Source of the DNA: Convolutriloba macropyga
Taxonomy: Eukaryota
Length of the DNA: 64,000 bases
Direction: 5' to 3'
Assembly (NCBI RefSeq): GCF_964194025.1
Contig: NC_134473.1
Span: 11,780,001-11,844,000 of the forward strand
A program made the position numbers and the translations under genes. Of this stretch, positions 1 through 10,870 are shown one piece after another. How positions within the stretch are numbered: the stretch's first letter is position 1; each line of letters begins with the position of its first letter. The notes under the pieces are model-generated. The model worked only from the letters and a program-made list of their open reading frames with translations, was not told where the DNA came from and ran no database searches.

Positions 1-19
1 TAAGTGTTGCAACGCAACA
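1..19 (+). repeat. 3' end of the 5' LTR
   Basis: Exact match to the last 19 nt of the 3' LTR; ends CAACA. Confidence 0.92.
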
Positions 20-24
20 TTTAA

Positions 25-35
25 TGGTCCGCCGA
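25..35 (+). promoter_or_regulatory. Primer-binding site, probably tRNA-Tyr type
   Basis: TGGTCCGCCGA starts 5 nt after the LTR end. TGG pairs with tRNA CCA, and the motif resembles the TGGTCCTTCGA tRNA-Tyr PBS common in BEL/Pao elements. tRNA identity is inferred. Confidence 0.75.
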
Positions 36-595
36 AAAATAGGTTAAGGATAAAATAGTCGAAGCATTAAGCACCCAAAGCATTCACTCTCTCAAAAATT
101 TGTTGATAACCTTAAAAGGGGAAACTTAAAGGGAAATTGAAAAGCGGACCCCCCACTAGATACCATCATTCCCCCACATGTTATTCAAGTTGATTAACTT
201 GTATAACTAGGTTGATTAACCTAACCAAGAGACCCGGTAGAGGATATCTAGTGGGGTAACTGTATATTCAAGATTCTGCATATTTTTTTTTGAAAAACTT
301 CAGGGAAGTCAATCTCTCTCTCTAGTTCTCACCGAGAACTCGGTTTTTGTTAGCTTACTTTGCCCCCTGAAGTACTAAGACTAAGTTCGCGCGTAAAAAT
401 TGGCCGCACTTTTGCGGGGGGGATAGATACAACCCTATATTTACAACTTTCACGCTGTTTTAACTTGTTTCCGAGCTTTTAGCCACAAAAGATTTACAAC
501 AACAGATAAAGACAAAGAATACAGCCAAAGAATACAACTAAAGAACAGCATCAAGAACAAAGCAAGGAACAGTAAGACAACAGCATATCAGAAAC

Positions 596-2284
596 ATGCC
601 AGAAAATCTAGAACTTCTTCGAAAGTCGCGTGGGGCTCACAGAGGAGTTGCAACGAAACTCTACAATGAAGCAGACGGCATAATGAACAAACCGTTCACA
701 GTTATCAATGAAGACGACCTTATCCGACTGCAGCAGATAGTTGAACTATTGAAGAAGAAGCAAGCCTTCCTATCTGAGCAGAACCAAAAGATTCAGTCTC
801 TTTTTGATGATCCTGACAACTTGGAAGATGAAATTGTTGAGACAGATGAGTATGATGACAAAATATGCCAAAACATCGACTATGTTCATCGGTTTGTTCA
901 GCGAAAGACAAGACACTCGTCACAAGAGAGCTCATTTGCAGCCGGAAGCACCACGATTTCGAGGAATATACAGAATATCAATCTACCAAAGCTCGACTTG
1001 CCCAGTTTTTCCGGAAATTACTTGGACTGGATCTCTTTTTATGATCGCTTCAAGGGAGCAGTAATAGATAACGATCAGTTGACAAACAGTTTGAGATTAC
1101 AGTACCTGAAGTCAGCAGTGAAGGGAGAAGCTTCGAAGATGTTAACTTCAATCACAGTCACCGACGACAACTTCGATGTTGCAATGGAAATTTTGCAGAA
1201 CCGATACGACAACAGGAGATTGATACTTCGAGCCCACATCCATGGAATTGTCTCATATCGACCGGTTTCACACGAAAACACACGGGAATTACGAAAACTT
1301 GTCGACACAATGGAGGAGCACAGACTTTCTCTTCGGAACATGGGACAACCAGTTGAGCATCAGGACCCCTTTTCTGTCTACTTGATTGCAGAAAAACTGC
1401 CCACCGAAACACGAAAGTTCTGGGAGCTTTCTTCAAAGGGGAAAGAACTACAGACCTATCAGGAACTAAAGACATTCCTGGAGGAACGTATTCAAGCGTT
1501 AGAGTCAGCAGCACCAAGCAACAGTTCATCAAATACCGAAAAACGATCGCATACGCAACAAAATCAGCCACAGAGACAACTTCACACTCATGTTACGCCA
1601 ACGAATCAGCAATGCGAATGTTGTGAAGAGGAACAAAGAATTTTCAAATGTGGTAAGTTCAAAGGTTTAGGTGTCAAGGAGCGAGCCCAGCTGATCAAGG
1701 TCAAAGGACTTTGTTTCAATTGTCTAAGACCAGGACACCGAGCAGAGAGTTGCGATGGTTCTTCGTGCCGCCAATGTGGACGAAAGCATCACACGTTGTT
1801 GCATCGAGAAGATGCGCATCAAGTAAATCAATTGAAAAACTCGTTTGGAAACAACCGCAAAGCCAACGCAAGAGATCAGGAGAAGGTTTCATCTGGAGCC
1901 TCCAGCAGTAATGCAGAACAAATAACTATCGATCAAAAGATAACAGCAGCCCTCACACATGAAGACAAGACACAGGAAATTTTTCTTCAGACAGCAATTG
2001 TTCCTGTTAATGTTCAAGGAGATATAGTATATCTGCGAGCAATTCTGGACTCTGCATCTCAGAATAATCTTGTAACTGAAGCTGCAGTACAAAGACTTCA
2101 GCTAAAGAGAAAGAGGAACAATACTCGTGTTTTTGGACTCGGAGGAAATGAAGTCTCAACTAATCGCGGATTTGTTGACCTCTGCCTTCAACCAAAAAAC
2201 AAAGCACCAATTATCATTGACGCGTCAGTTTTAACGAAAATGACAAACGATTTACCTTCTCGGTACATCAACACAGACAATTGA
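596..2284 (+). pseudogene. gag: BEL/Pao gag + aspartic protease (first part of a single gag-pol frame)
   Basis: LPKLDLPSFSGNYLDWISFYDRF (DUF1759-type gag); Cys/His knuckles CFNCLRPGHRAESC and CRQCGRKHHTLLH; protease AILDSAS. Ends at an in-frame TGA and the same frame resumes afterwards. Confidence 0.92.
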
Positions 2285-4360
2285 GAGACAGTAAAGGAAC
2301 TACAGTTGGCTGATCCCGACTTTAACAAGCCCGCCCAAGTTGATCTAATCATTGGAGCTGGACACTACGAGGACTTGATGGTTGGGAACAACAGACTGAA
2401 AGAACCAAACATCCCCGTTACTTATCGGCTCTCAGTATTCGGTTGGTTAGTAATTGGACGCGAAAACGTGCAAACTTCCAATTCTTCCAGTTTGCAAACC
2501 TACTTTGTGTCATCATTTGAAGACAGTTTGCAGCGTTTTTGGGAAATCGAGGAAGTGCCTGCAACTAAACATCTGACCGACGAAGAAAGAAGATGTGAAG
2601 AACACTTCAAGTCAACCACACGAAGAAGCCCTGAAGGAAGATTCATCGTAAAACTGCCGTTTAAGAACGAAATTGGAGAACTGGGGGATTCCCAGCAGCA
2701 AGCACAACGAAGACTTAGAAGTCTCCTTCATAGACTTCAAAAACAGCCTGATCTGTACAGAAGATACAACGAGTTCATCAATGAGTTCATTAAACTAGGA
2801 CACATGGAAGAAGTACCAGCAAAGGAGATGCTACTGCCAATAGAGAAAAGCTATTATCTCAGCCATCACTGTGTGTTCAAGGACTCAAGTACAACTACGA
2901 AGCTGCGTGTAGTCTTTGATGGTTCAGCAAAGACTACCAGTGGAATTTCTTTGAACGATAGACTGATGGTGGGACCCAAGATCCAGAAAGATCTATTCAG
3001 CATCCTGATCCGTTTCCGTATGTATCCTGTAGCCCTTTCAGCAGACATTGCAAAAATGTACAGACAAGTGCAACTGGATACCGAAGATAAGGACTATCAT
3101 CGACTACTTTGGAAGGAACCGAACTAATCAGATATAAGGACATTTAGGATGACATGCGTCACGTACGGAATAGCATCATCAGCGTTCCATTCTATTCGCC
3201 CATTACAAGTTTTAGCGGAAGATGTTACGGACAAAAATGTACAGCTAGGAATCACGACAGACATGTACGTCGACGACTTGTTGACAGGAGCACCCGATCT
3301 GGAAAGCGCAATGAAACTGCAGGACTCAATCATAGCAGTTCTTTCAAAGGCAGGGTTTGAGATTCGCAAGTGGACTTCAAGTAACCCAGAACTTGTTGAA
3401 AGGCTACCTGCAAACTTTCGAGAAACTACCGACGAGATGACGATTAAAAGCGACGACTACAGTATAAAAACTTTAGGCGTCAAGTGGAACCCAAATCCAG
3501 ACCACTTCAGTTTCATAGCAAAACTAGACGAAAAGACACCATCTACAAAACGCGAAATACTGTCAGAAGTTACACGGCTCTTTGATCCGTTGGGATGGCT
3601 TTTACCTACAACAATTCTGTTCAAATCTTTTTTTCAACTGCTTTGGATGGAACGACTTGGATGGGACGAAGCTTTGTCGAAATGCCTTCAGCAACAGTAC
3701 AGCCGACTCAGAGTTCAACTGAAGGAATTGGAAACTATTACACTGCCCAGAAAGGTAGTTTCAATCTCGCCAGCATCATCGGACATTGAACTTCATGTCT
3801 TCTGTGATGCATCAGCTACAGCCTACGCCGCAGTTGTGTATATACGACAGTCTTTCGACGGAACAGTTCACACAAGGATGTTGACAGCAAAGACCAGAGT
3901 TGCACCAATAAGGAGTTTGTGCGTTCCCCGGTTGGAACTTTGTGCAGCACTTCTTGGAGCAAATTTGGTGGAAGCGATATCATCATCTTTGAACGATCAA
4001 CGTTTCCCGACACCAAAAGTGTACGCTTGGACAGATTCAACGGTAACACTGGCTTGGCTGCAAGACTTTCCAAGAAAGTGGAAGACATTCGTTGCCAACC
4101 GTGTTGCAAAAATTCAGAACCTCATTCCATCCAGCAATTGGAATTTCGTGCCGACGGAGGAGAATCCTGCCGATTGCGCATCACGAGGAATCTCAGCCGC
4201 AAACCTAGCCAAACACAGCCTTTGGTGGAATGGACCCAGCTGGCTAGAAAAAAGCGAAAATTATTGGCCGAAGTCGGAATCAATTGCAGAACATCAGCAT
4301 GCAGTGAACAACGAAGTGCAAGGAGAAACACTGAAGCAAACAACAATGGTTGTTACTTAG
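2285..4360 (+). pseudogene. pol: BEL/Pao pol: reverse transcriptase and RNase H (Pao peptidase A17 region), interrupted by TAA 3125-3127 and TAG 4358-4360
   Basis: KLRVVFDGSAKT, ADIAKMYRQV, YVDDLLTG, LFDPLGWL, LHVFCDAS, PRLELCAA, NPADCASRG; ORFs 2306 and 3149 are in the same frame as 596. Confidence 0.95.
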
Positions 4361-4949
4361 GAGAACAACTCAATAGTTCAGCTAATTCATCGAACATCCT
4401 CGTTTGGAAAACTGGTTCGAATTTTTTGTTATGTCAAGAAATTCATTCAGAAGGCCAAACAACAAAGCCAGAAAACCATTTCCAGCAGAACAGATCCAAC
4501 AAAATCCGATACCAAATGCTACTCACAGAAGAGGAACCTATCATCAAAAAGATGTCAACAGAAAAAGTCGGAAGCTGCAAGAGCATCTGAATTTCAGTCA
4601 CTTCAACTCAGCTCTCCAGATCTTTACCTTGGACGGATTGCCATATACAGCCTGATTCAAAAACTTTACTTGCAAGAGTTTGGTGCCATTGTTAGTCAAT
4701 CATCTTCATCAATGACAGAAGGGAAAGGTAACAACCTTCCGGAGAATGTGTATTGTCTTAAACCCCTTGGTAAGGTTGAGGTAGGTAAAGTTGGTGAGGT
4801 TGAGGTAGGTAAGGTTGAGGTTGGTAAGGTTAGGGTAGGTAGGGTTGGTCAAGGTGAGCTAAGTAAGGTTGCTAAGGTTGAGGTAGGTAAGGCTGGTAGG
4901 GTTGAGGTAGGCAAGACGTATTTTAGATAAACCAACAAGATTCAACGAT

Positions 4950-6335
4950 TTGGAGCAACATGTAGGTACAAGTGAAGAAGAATTGACCAACAGTACCATA
5001 AAACAAAGAATAAAGCTTTTGCCAAAAAGAGGACGACTTTTCAAACTTTCTCCTTTCTACGACCCAGACAATAAAGTTGTTCGCGTGGGCGGACGACTAG
5101 CAAATTCGCCGTACAACATAGACAAGAAGTTTCCTGTCCTTATTCCCAAAGATTCTCCAATCACAGTGCTCCTGATTCGGGAAGCTCATGCAAGGAACTT
5201 ACATGGAGGCCCACAGTTAACATTGTTTTATCTTCGACAAACAATTTGGATACCCGGAGGACTATCAGCTGTTAAAAAAATTATTTACAACTGTAAGCCC
5301 TGCATTCGCCACGACGCCAAGATTCTTCAGCCTCAAATGGGAGATCTGCCAACAGAACGTGTTGTTTCATCTTTTGCTTTCACCCACACTGGTTTGGACT
5401 ACTGTGGACCTTTCAGCATAAAAGACAGCAGCGGAAAATTGCAGAAAACGTATGTTGCCCTTTTTGTATGTTTCAACACAAAGGCCGTCCATATGGAAAC
5501 AGTGACAACGTTGACCAAGGAGGACTGTCTGCACGCCATAAAACGTTTTACAGCACGACGTGGACTGCCCGAAAATATTTATAGTGACAACTCAAGGACT
5601 TTCATTGGAACTCGGGGAGAAATTGAGTTTCGTAAATTATTAATGGACAGAGAATTCAAGGAACTGGTAGATGCCTTCACTACAGGACATCAGATAAACT
5701 GGTTAACAATTCCTCCACGGACGCCTCATTTTGGAGGTCTCTGGGAAGCCGCAATAAAATCCATGAAGAGATATTTTTACAGGACTGTGGGGACAACAAA
5801 GATGTCTTTTGAGAATTTCACAACCCTGATCACTCAAATTGAGGCCATCCTCAATTCTTGCCCACTTACAGCCCCCTCTAGCGATGCCAATGTCCCCTCA
5901 GCACTAACACCCGCTCATTTTCTTATTGGACGCCCACTGACAGCTTTGCCGGAGCCATCTCAAGAAGACAACCGGACACTAAACAGAAGGTTCAAAAGCA
6001 TCAACAACATTGTCAGACAATTTTGGAAAAAGTGGTCCGTGGACTACTTGACAACACTTCAACATCGACCAAAATGGCAGGATAATAAACAACAGCACGC
6101 CGTTAATGACATTGTTATCATCAAGGAAGACAACACGCCTCCAATACTATGGCCACTGGCAAGGATTACAAAAACATTCGACGGAAATGACAAGATAGTA
6201 CGAGTAGTCCAAGTTAGAACGCAAACAGGACTCTACATACGACCAGTAAGCAGACTGGTTCCATTGGAGAAGGAGAGACCAGAATCTCAGTTACCCAAAT
6301 GGAAGACAGCGGATGACTCAATGGATGAGGATTGA
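4950..6335 (+). pseudogene. pol: BEL/Pao integrase (HHCC + DDE core + C-terminal domain), frameshifted relative to upstream pol
   Basis: VRVGGRL, HARNLHGG..CKPC, GLDYCGP, YSDN, GGLWEAAIKSMK, LTPAHFLIG, WPLARI..RVVQVRT..RPVSRL. Confidence 0.95.
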
Positions 6336-6720
6336 CAAGTCAGCAGCACAACCCAATTCAATACAACAAGACCGGAAGATAAGCGTTCCTTAGACAATGA
6401 GCAATCAATATTCAAGTCAATATCATCAGCATTCAATATTTGCAATATTTTGAAGTCTGTCAAGCTAATTGTAAATCATTCACCTTCATGACATCAACGA
6501 CAATGACGACAACAATGATGATGATGTTGATAATGACCACGAGCATGATGATGATGACAACGACAAGGACGACAACGATGACGACTACGACGACGAAGAT
6601 GACAACAAGGCAAACAACAATCAATTTTCAGAAAACAATTTCCTCGTCAAAAATTTTCTGTGAAATGTCTTGTCAAAGGTCTCAAGTGACTTCAAAATTA
6701 CTTTTCAATTGAACTCGTTC

Positions 6721-6735
6721 AAGGAGGCCGGGTTA
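6721..6735 (+). promoter_or_regulatory. Polypurine-tract region of the LTR element
   Basis: AAGGAGGCCGGGTTA immediately 5' of the TGTTG start of the 3' LTR. Confidence 0.65.
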
Positions 6736-6983
6736 TGTTGTGGTTAACCACCTTTTGACCTTCATATTGCGAGAGCTTCAAAACTTCAATTCAAGATGAC
6801 TTTTTCAACAAACGCAACAATAAATTACCACGTGATTTGAACTAAGAAATCATAATTTCATCTGATTTTATCAACAACACTTGATTCCTTTTGAGCTTGA
6901 GTTCTTCTTAAGCATAAAGCATTTAAGTCTTTAAAGCGTTTAAAGCAAGTCTAATCAACAAAAATAAGTGTTGCAACGCAACA
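6736..6983 (+). repeat. 3' LTR (248 bp)
   Basis: Begins TGTTG and ends CAACA (inverted termini); its end matches window bases 1-19. Confidence 0.92.
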
Positions 6984-7383
6984 GCATTCAACGCAAAATT
7001 ATGTAAGAAAGTTGCGGTGAATTTTCTGACTTCTCAACGCTAGTTGCCGCTGATCTTACATATTTAGCGTTGAATTTAGCGTAGATCTTACATATTTAGC
7101 GTTGAATTTAGCGTAGATCTTACATATTTGACGTTGAATTTAGCGTAGATCTTACACATTAAGCGTTGAATTTAGCGTAGATCTTACATAATTAGCGTTG
7201 AATTTAGCGTAGATCTTGCATATTTAGCGTTGAATTTAGCGTAGATCTTACATATTTAGCGTTGAATTTAGCGTAGATCTTACATATTTAGCGTTGAATT
7301 TAGCGTAGATCTTACATATTTAGCGTTGATTTTAGCTTTGATCTTACAAAAAAAACAAAGCGTCCAATTGAACTATTTACCTC

Positions 7384-7456
7384 CAGTTGCGTATGGGACT
7401 CGAACTGCTGACCTCCTGTTTGCTTGTCGCCTCTTCGACCATTGTGCCACAGTACC
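7384..7456 (-). pseudogene. tRNA-derived sequence (tRNA pseudogene or SINE head)
   Basis: Reverse strand reads GGTACTGTGGCACAATGGTCG...GGTCAGCAGTTCGAGTCCC: Pol III A box (TGGCACAATGG) and B box (GTTCGAGTC) at tRNA spacing. Acceptor and anticodon stems are poor. Confidence 0.6.
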
Positions 7457-7599
7457 TTGGTTTCCTTAAGAGCCGCAATTCTTATAAAGCGTAGATCTTA
7501 AATATTTTGCGTTGAATTTAGCGTAGATCTTACATATTTTGCGTTGATTTTGCGTAGTATTTAACTTAGCATATTCAATGCATTTACCATGTGAGGCGT

Positions 7600-8250
7600 A
7601 CTGGGAAAATTTTATTTTTTTTTAAAAGTTTTGAAAAAAATTTGAATTCCTAAAATGGTCTGAATTGGATTTTGCACTATAAAAGAACACTAAAAAGTGA
7701 TTTTTTGCTGACTTCACTTTTCTCACCTGTGCAGTATAGGGGTTCGAAACAGTAAAAAAAAAATTTTTTTGAAAAAACTTGAAAAATTTGAAATCGTAAA
7801 ATGGTCTGAATTGGATTTTGCACTATCAAAGAGCACTAAAAAGGATTTTTTTCTGAAGTCATGTTTCTCATCTTTGCAATATAGGGTTCGAAACAGTGAA
7901 AAAAATTGATTTTTTGAAAAAAAACTTGAAAAAGTTCTGAAATCGTAAAATGGTGTGTAATGCATTTTGCACGATAAAAGAGGACTAAAAAGTGATTTTT
8001 TGCTGACTGCACTCTTCTCACCTGTGCAGTATAGGGGATCGAAACAGTAAAAAAATTAATTTTTGAAAAAAAAAATTTGAAATCGTAAAATGGTCTGAAT
8101 TGGATTTTGCAATAGAAAAGAGCACAAAAAATGATTTTTATCTGACCTCATGTTTCTCACGTGTGAAGTATAGGGGTCGAAACAGTGAAAAAATTAAATC
8201 CTTGAAAAAAAACTTGAAAAACTTTTGAAATCGTAAAGTGGTCTGAAATG
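7600..8250. repeat. ~140-150-bp tandem repeat, about 4.5 copies
   Basis: AAATGGTCTGAATTGGATTTTGCA-like anchor recurs at ~7652, 7798, 7948, 8088 and 8236. Confidence 0.85.
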
Positions 8251-9799
8251 GAAAGGAAAGATTAGCGTTGAATGCGTTGAACTTATGTAAGATCAACGCA
8301 AAATTCAACGCTAAATATGTAAGATCTACGCTAAAATTCAACGCTAAATATGTAAGATCTACGCCAAAATTCAATGCAAAATTATGTAAGATTAGAGTTG
8401 AATGCGTTGAATTAATGTAAGATCAACGCTAAAATTCAACGCTAAATACGTAAGATCTACGCCAAATTTCAACGCAAAATTATGTAAGATTAGCGTTGAA
8501 CGCGTTGAATTTATGTAAGATCAACAATAAAATTCAACACTAAGTATGTAAGATCTATGCCAAAATTCAACGCAAAGTTATGTAAGATTAGCGTTGAATG
8601 CGTTGAATTTATGTAAGATCAACGCTAAAATTCAACGCTAATTATGTAACATCTTCGCTAAAATTCAACGCTTAACATTTAAGATCTACGCAAAATTCAA
8701 CGCAAATTTATGTAAGATTAGCGTTGAATGCGTTGAATATATGTAAGATCAACGCTAAAATTCAACGCTAAATATGTAAGATCTACGCCAAAATTCAACG
8801 TAAAATTATGTAAGATTAGTGTTGAATGCGTTGAATTTATGTAAGATCAACGCTAAATTCAACGCTAAATATGTAAGATGTACGCTAAAATTCAACGCTA
8901 AATATGTAAGAACTACGCCAAAATTCAACGCAAAATTATGTAAGATTAGCGTTGAATGCGTTGAATTTATGTAAGATTTACGCTCAGGCGTAGATCGTAC
9001 ATAAATTCAACGCATTCAACGCCAATCTTTCATAAATTTGCGTTTTTTAGCGTTGACACCTCGGCCCGGGTTAAATGGAATGAAAAGTGATAAAAAATTT
9101 GAATTAAAGGGGACAAAGGTTTTTTGCCTAATCATGCTAATTGTAAAAATGATCTTAGCATTTTAGCTGAAAGGGAGAGACAGTGTAAAACGCAAAAACT
9201 GCGCTATTTTGGTAGATTATAGTTGCATTACAACAATTAAGAACTTCTGTTAGAGGATAGAAATAACTAGAGCTGTTTTTAATAAAGTACTGGCAAGCCA
9301 TTTACATAGGTGGCCTGAAATATATAGTTGAATTTTACATTGGAGTTGATTTACTTGCGAGTTTATGCTCTTATGACGGATTCAAGCAAAAATTTCAGAC
9401 GAAATGGAGCTAAATACGGCAATTGTCAAAGTTCAGTATTCGAATGTGATTGAATCTTCTTGTTTTTGTGGCGCTCGTTTTTATTGAATAGTTTTCACAG
9501 GAGAATTCAAATTGTTCCCTATTATTACTGATTTTGAGGCCCTGGCCATGAAAAAGTGTGCTTGTCTCCAAATAGGCATGAAAAGACTATTCTCGACCAA
9601 AGCTGATCATGAGAAAATTTTTATTCGAGTTTATCCTAATCTCGATTTTGACTGGAAACGGTTATTACATAGACCCAAATGTGTACTGCTTGACTTAAGA
9701 TCGACCCTAATTTGATGTTCGAATCAAATCGATTCAAATCATGAGTAGAGAAAAAAAATTTGGGTCCGATTTCTTGCCTCAGAAACTTTTACATGCGTA

Positions 9800-10420
9800 T
9801 CATTTGGTCCCCAATCCCAAAAATGAATACGGACCTCTTATTTTTATCAATTACATCATTGATTTGCATCACGTCTGTGTCAAAATTCTAAAGTATTTCA
9901 TTTTGCTGATGACAATTCCGTCTTGTTTGACACGCGGAATAATGACGCCAACAGTGTAAATTGTGAACTTCACGTTATCAATGAAAGGATGAAATCAAAT
10001 AAACTTACTTTAAACCGGAACAAGATGGAAGTCATGTTATTTAAAAACCATTTCGATTGTTACCTCAGCTCTGAAACTCTTGTTTCAGTATCGAGTGTAA
10101 AATACTAAGTAGTCATAGTTGATAAAAACTTGAAGTATAAATTTCAGACTAACAGTTAACACTTCTCTGTATCCAAGTTGGTTGGTTTGACTTTTTCGAT
10201 GCGTAAGTTTTTAAATAAACGAGATTCGATAAAATTGTACAATGTATACATCAAACCTAAAAAGAAGTAAGGAAATTTGGTGTACGGTTGTAATTCAAAA
10301 TCGGAACTGAAAGTGCTGAAGCGTTAGCAAAATAAGTTTATACGAAGTATTTGTTTTCTGCGCAAATTCGATCGTGTTGATCATCTTTTCAAATTGCATA
10401 GAATTTTGCCTGTTGATAAA

Positions 10421-10469
<49 letters not shown>

Positions 10470-10870
10470 TTGCTCTAAGATTGTATATTAATCTTCTTGA
10501 AGATAAGTGTTCAAACAACCTTACTTACCGTCGTCAATGTTCCAGGATTTTAAGCTCGTCAAGTGTTAACATAATATCAACTCCCATAGTGAAAGGGCAG
10601 ATATCGAAGCAATCAATTGCTGATAGGGGTCCAAAAAATTTGAACTCCATTCATCAATTGGGCTTATATGATTGAAGTTTTCCTGTGACCAGCAAATAAA
10701 ACATTTTGTTCGTTACTTCAGGGACAATGTCTTATTATACGACAACAAAATTGTTGATATTGTTTTTGATTAATTTTGCTTTTTATCATTAGATCCTTGC
10801 ATATCTACCTCCGTTGGTCAGTCAATGCCTGTTTCAGCGCTGTCTACTTTTAGGTAGTTTCCGGGGGCTA
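9800..10870 (+). mobile_element. Decayed non-LTR retrotransposon (CR1/L2-like) RT C-terminus and 3' end
   Basis: GPLIFINYIIDL (cf. GPLLFxIYINDL), TTTGCTGATGAC = FADD, MKSNKLTLNRNKMEVMLF, VKY; many stops and frameshifts; (TA)n inserted at ~10424-10466. Confidence 0.8.

Larger units (their letters stand above)
1..6983 (+). mobile_element. BEL/Pao LTR retrotransposon, near full length (5' LTR mostly outside the window), inactivated
   Basis: Domain order gag-PR-RT-RNaseH-IN with BEL/Pao signatures. Bases 1-19 (TAAGTGTTGCAACGCAACA) are identical to 6965-6983. PBS follows the 5' LTR and a purine-rich tract precedes the 3' LTR. Confidence 0.97.
6984..9070. repeat. Foldback-like block of 32-bp repeats (GCGTAGATCTTACATATTTAGCGTTGAATTTA) in opposite orientations, ending CCCGGG
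   Basis: Plus-strand tandem units at ~7046-7350 and ~7489-7560; reverse-complement and composite units at ~8260-9050. Confidence 0.85.

Noticed and set aside
2282-4360. In-frame TGA/TAA/TAG in pol (and TAA in B2) as evidence of stop-codon reassignment or programmed read-through
   Set aside because: All three stop types occur, each once, Gln is coded normally, and the element has other lesions. Ordinary decay is sufficient.
720-4655. Alternative-frame and antisense ORFs overlapping gag-pol (e.g. 3919-4590)
   Set aside because: Shadow ORFs of the retroelement coding frame with no recognisable motifs.
7046-7350. Regular 32-bp repeats resembling a CRISPR array
   Set aside because: Units are head-to-tail with no unique spacers, there are no cas genes, and the context is eukaryotic.
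7384-7456. Functional tRNA gene
   Set aside because: A and B boxes are present but the acceptor and anticodon stems do not pair convincingly; kept only as a tRNA-derived relic.
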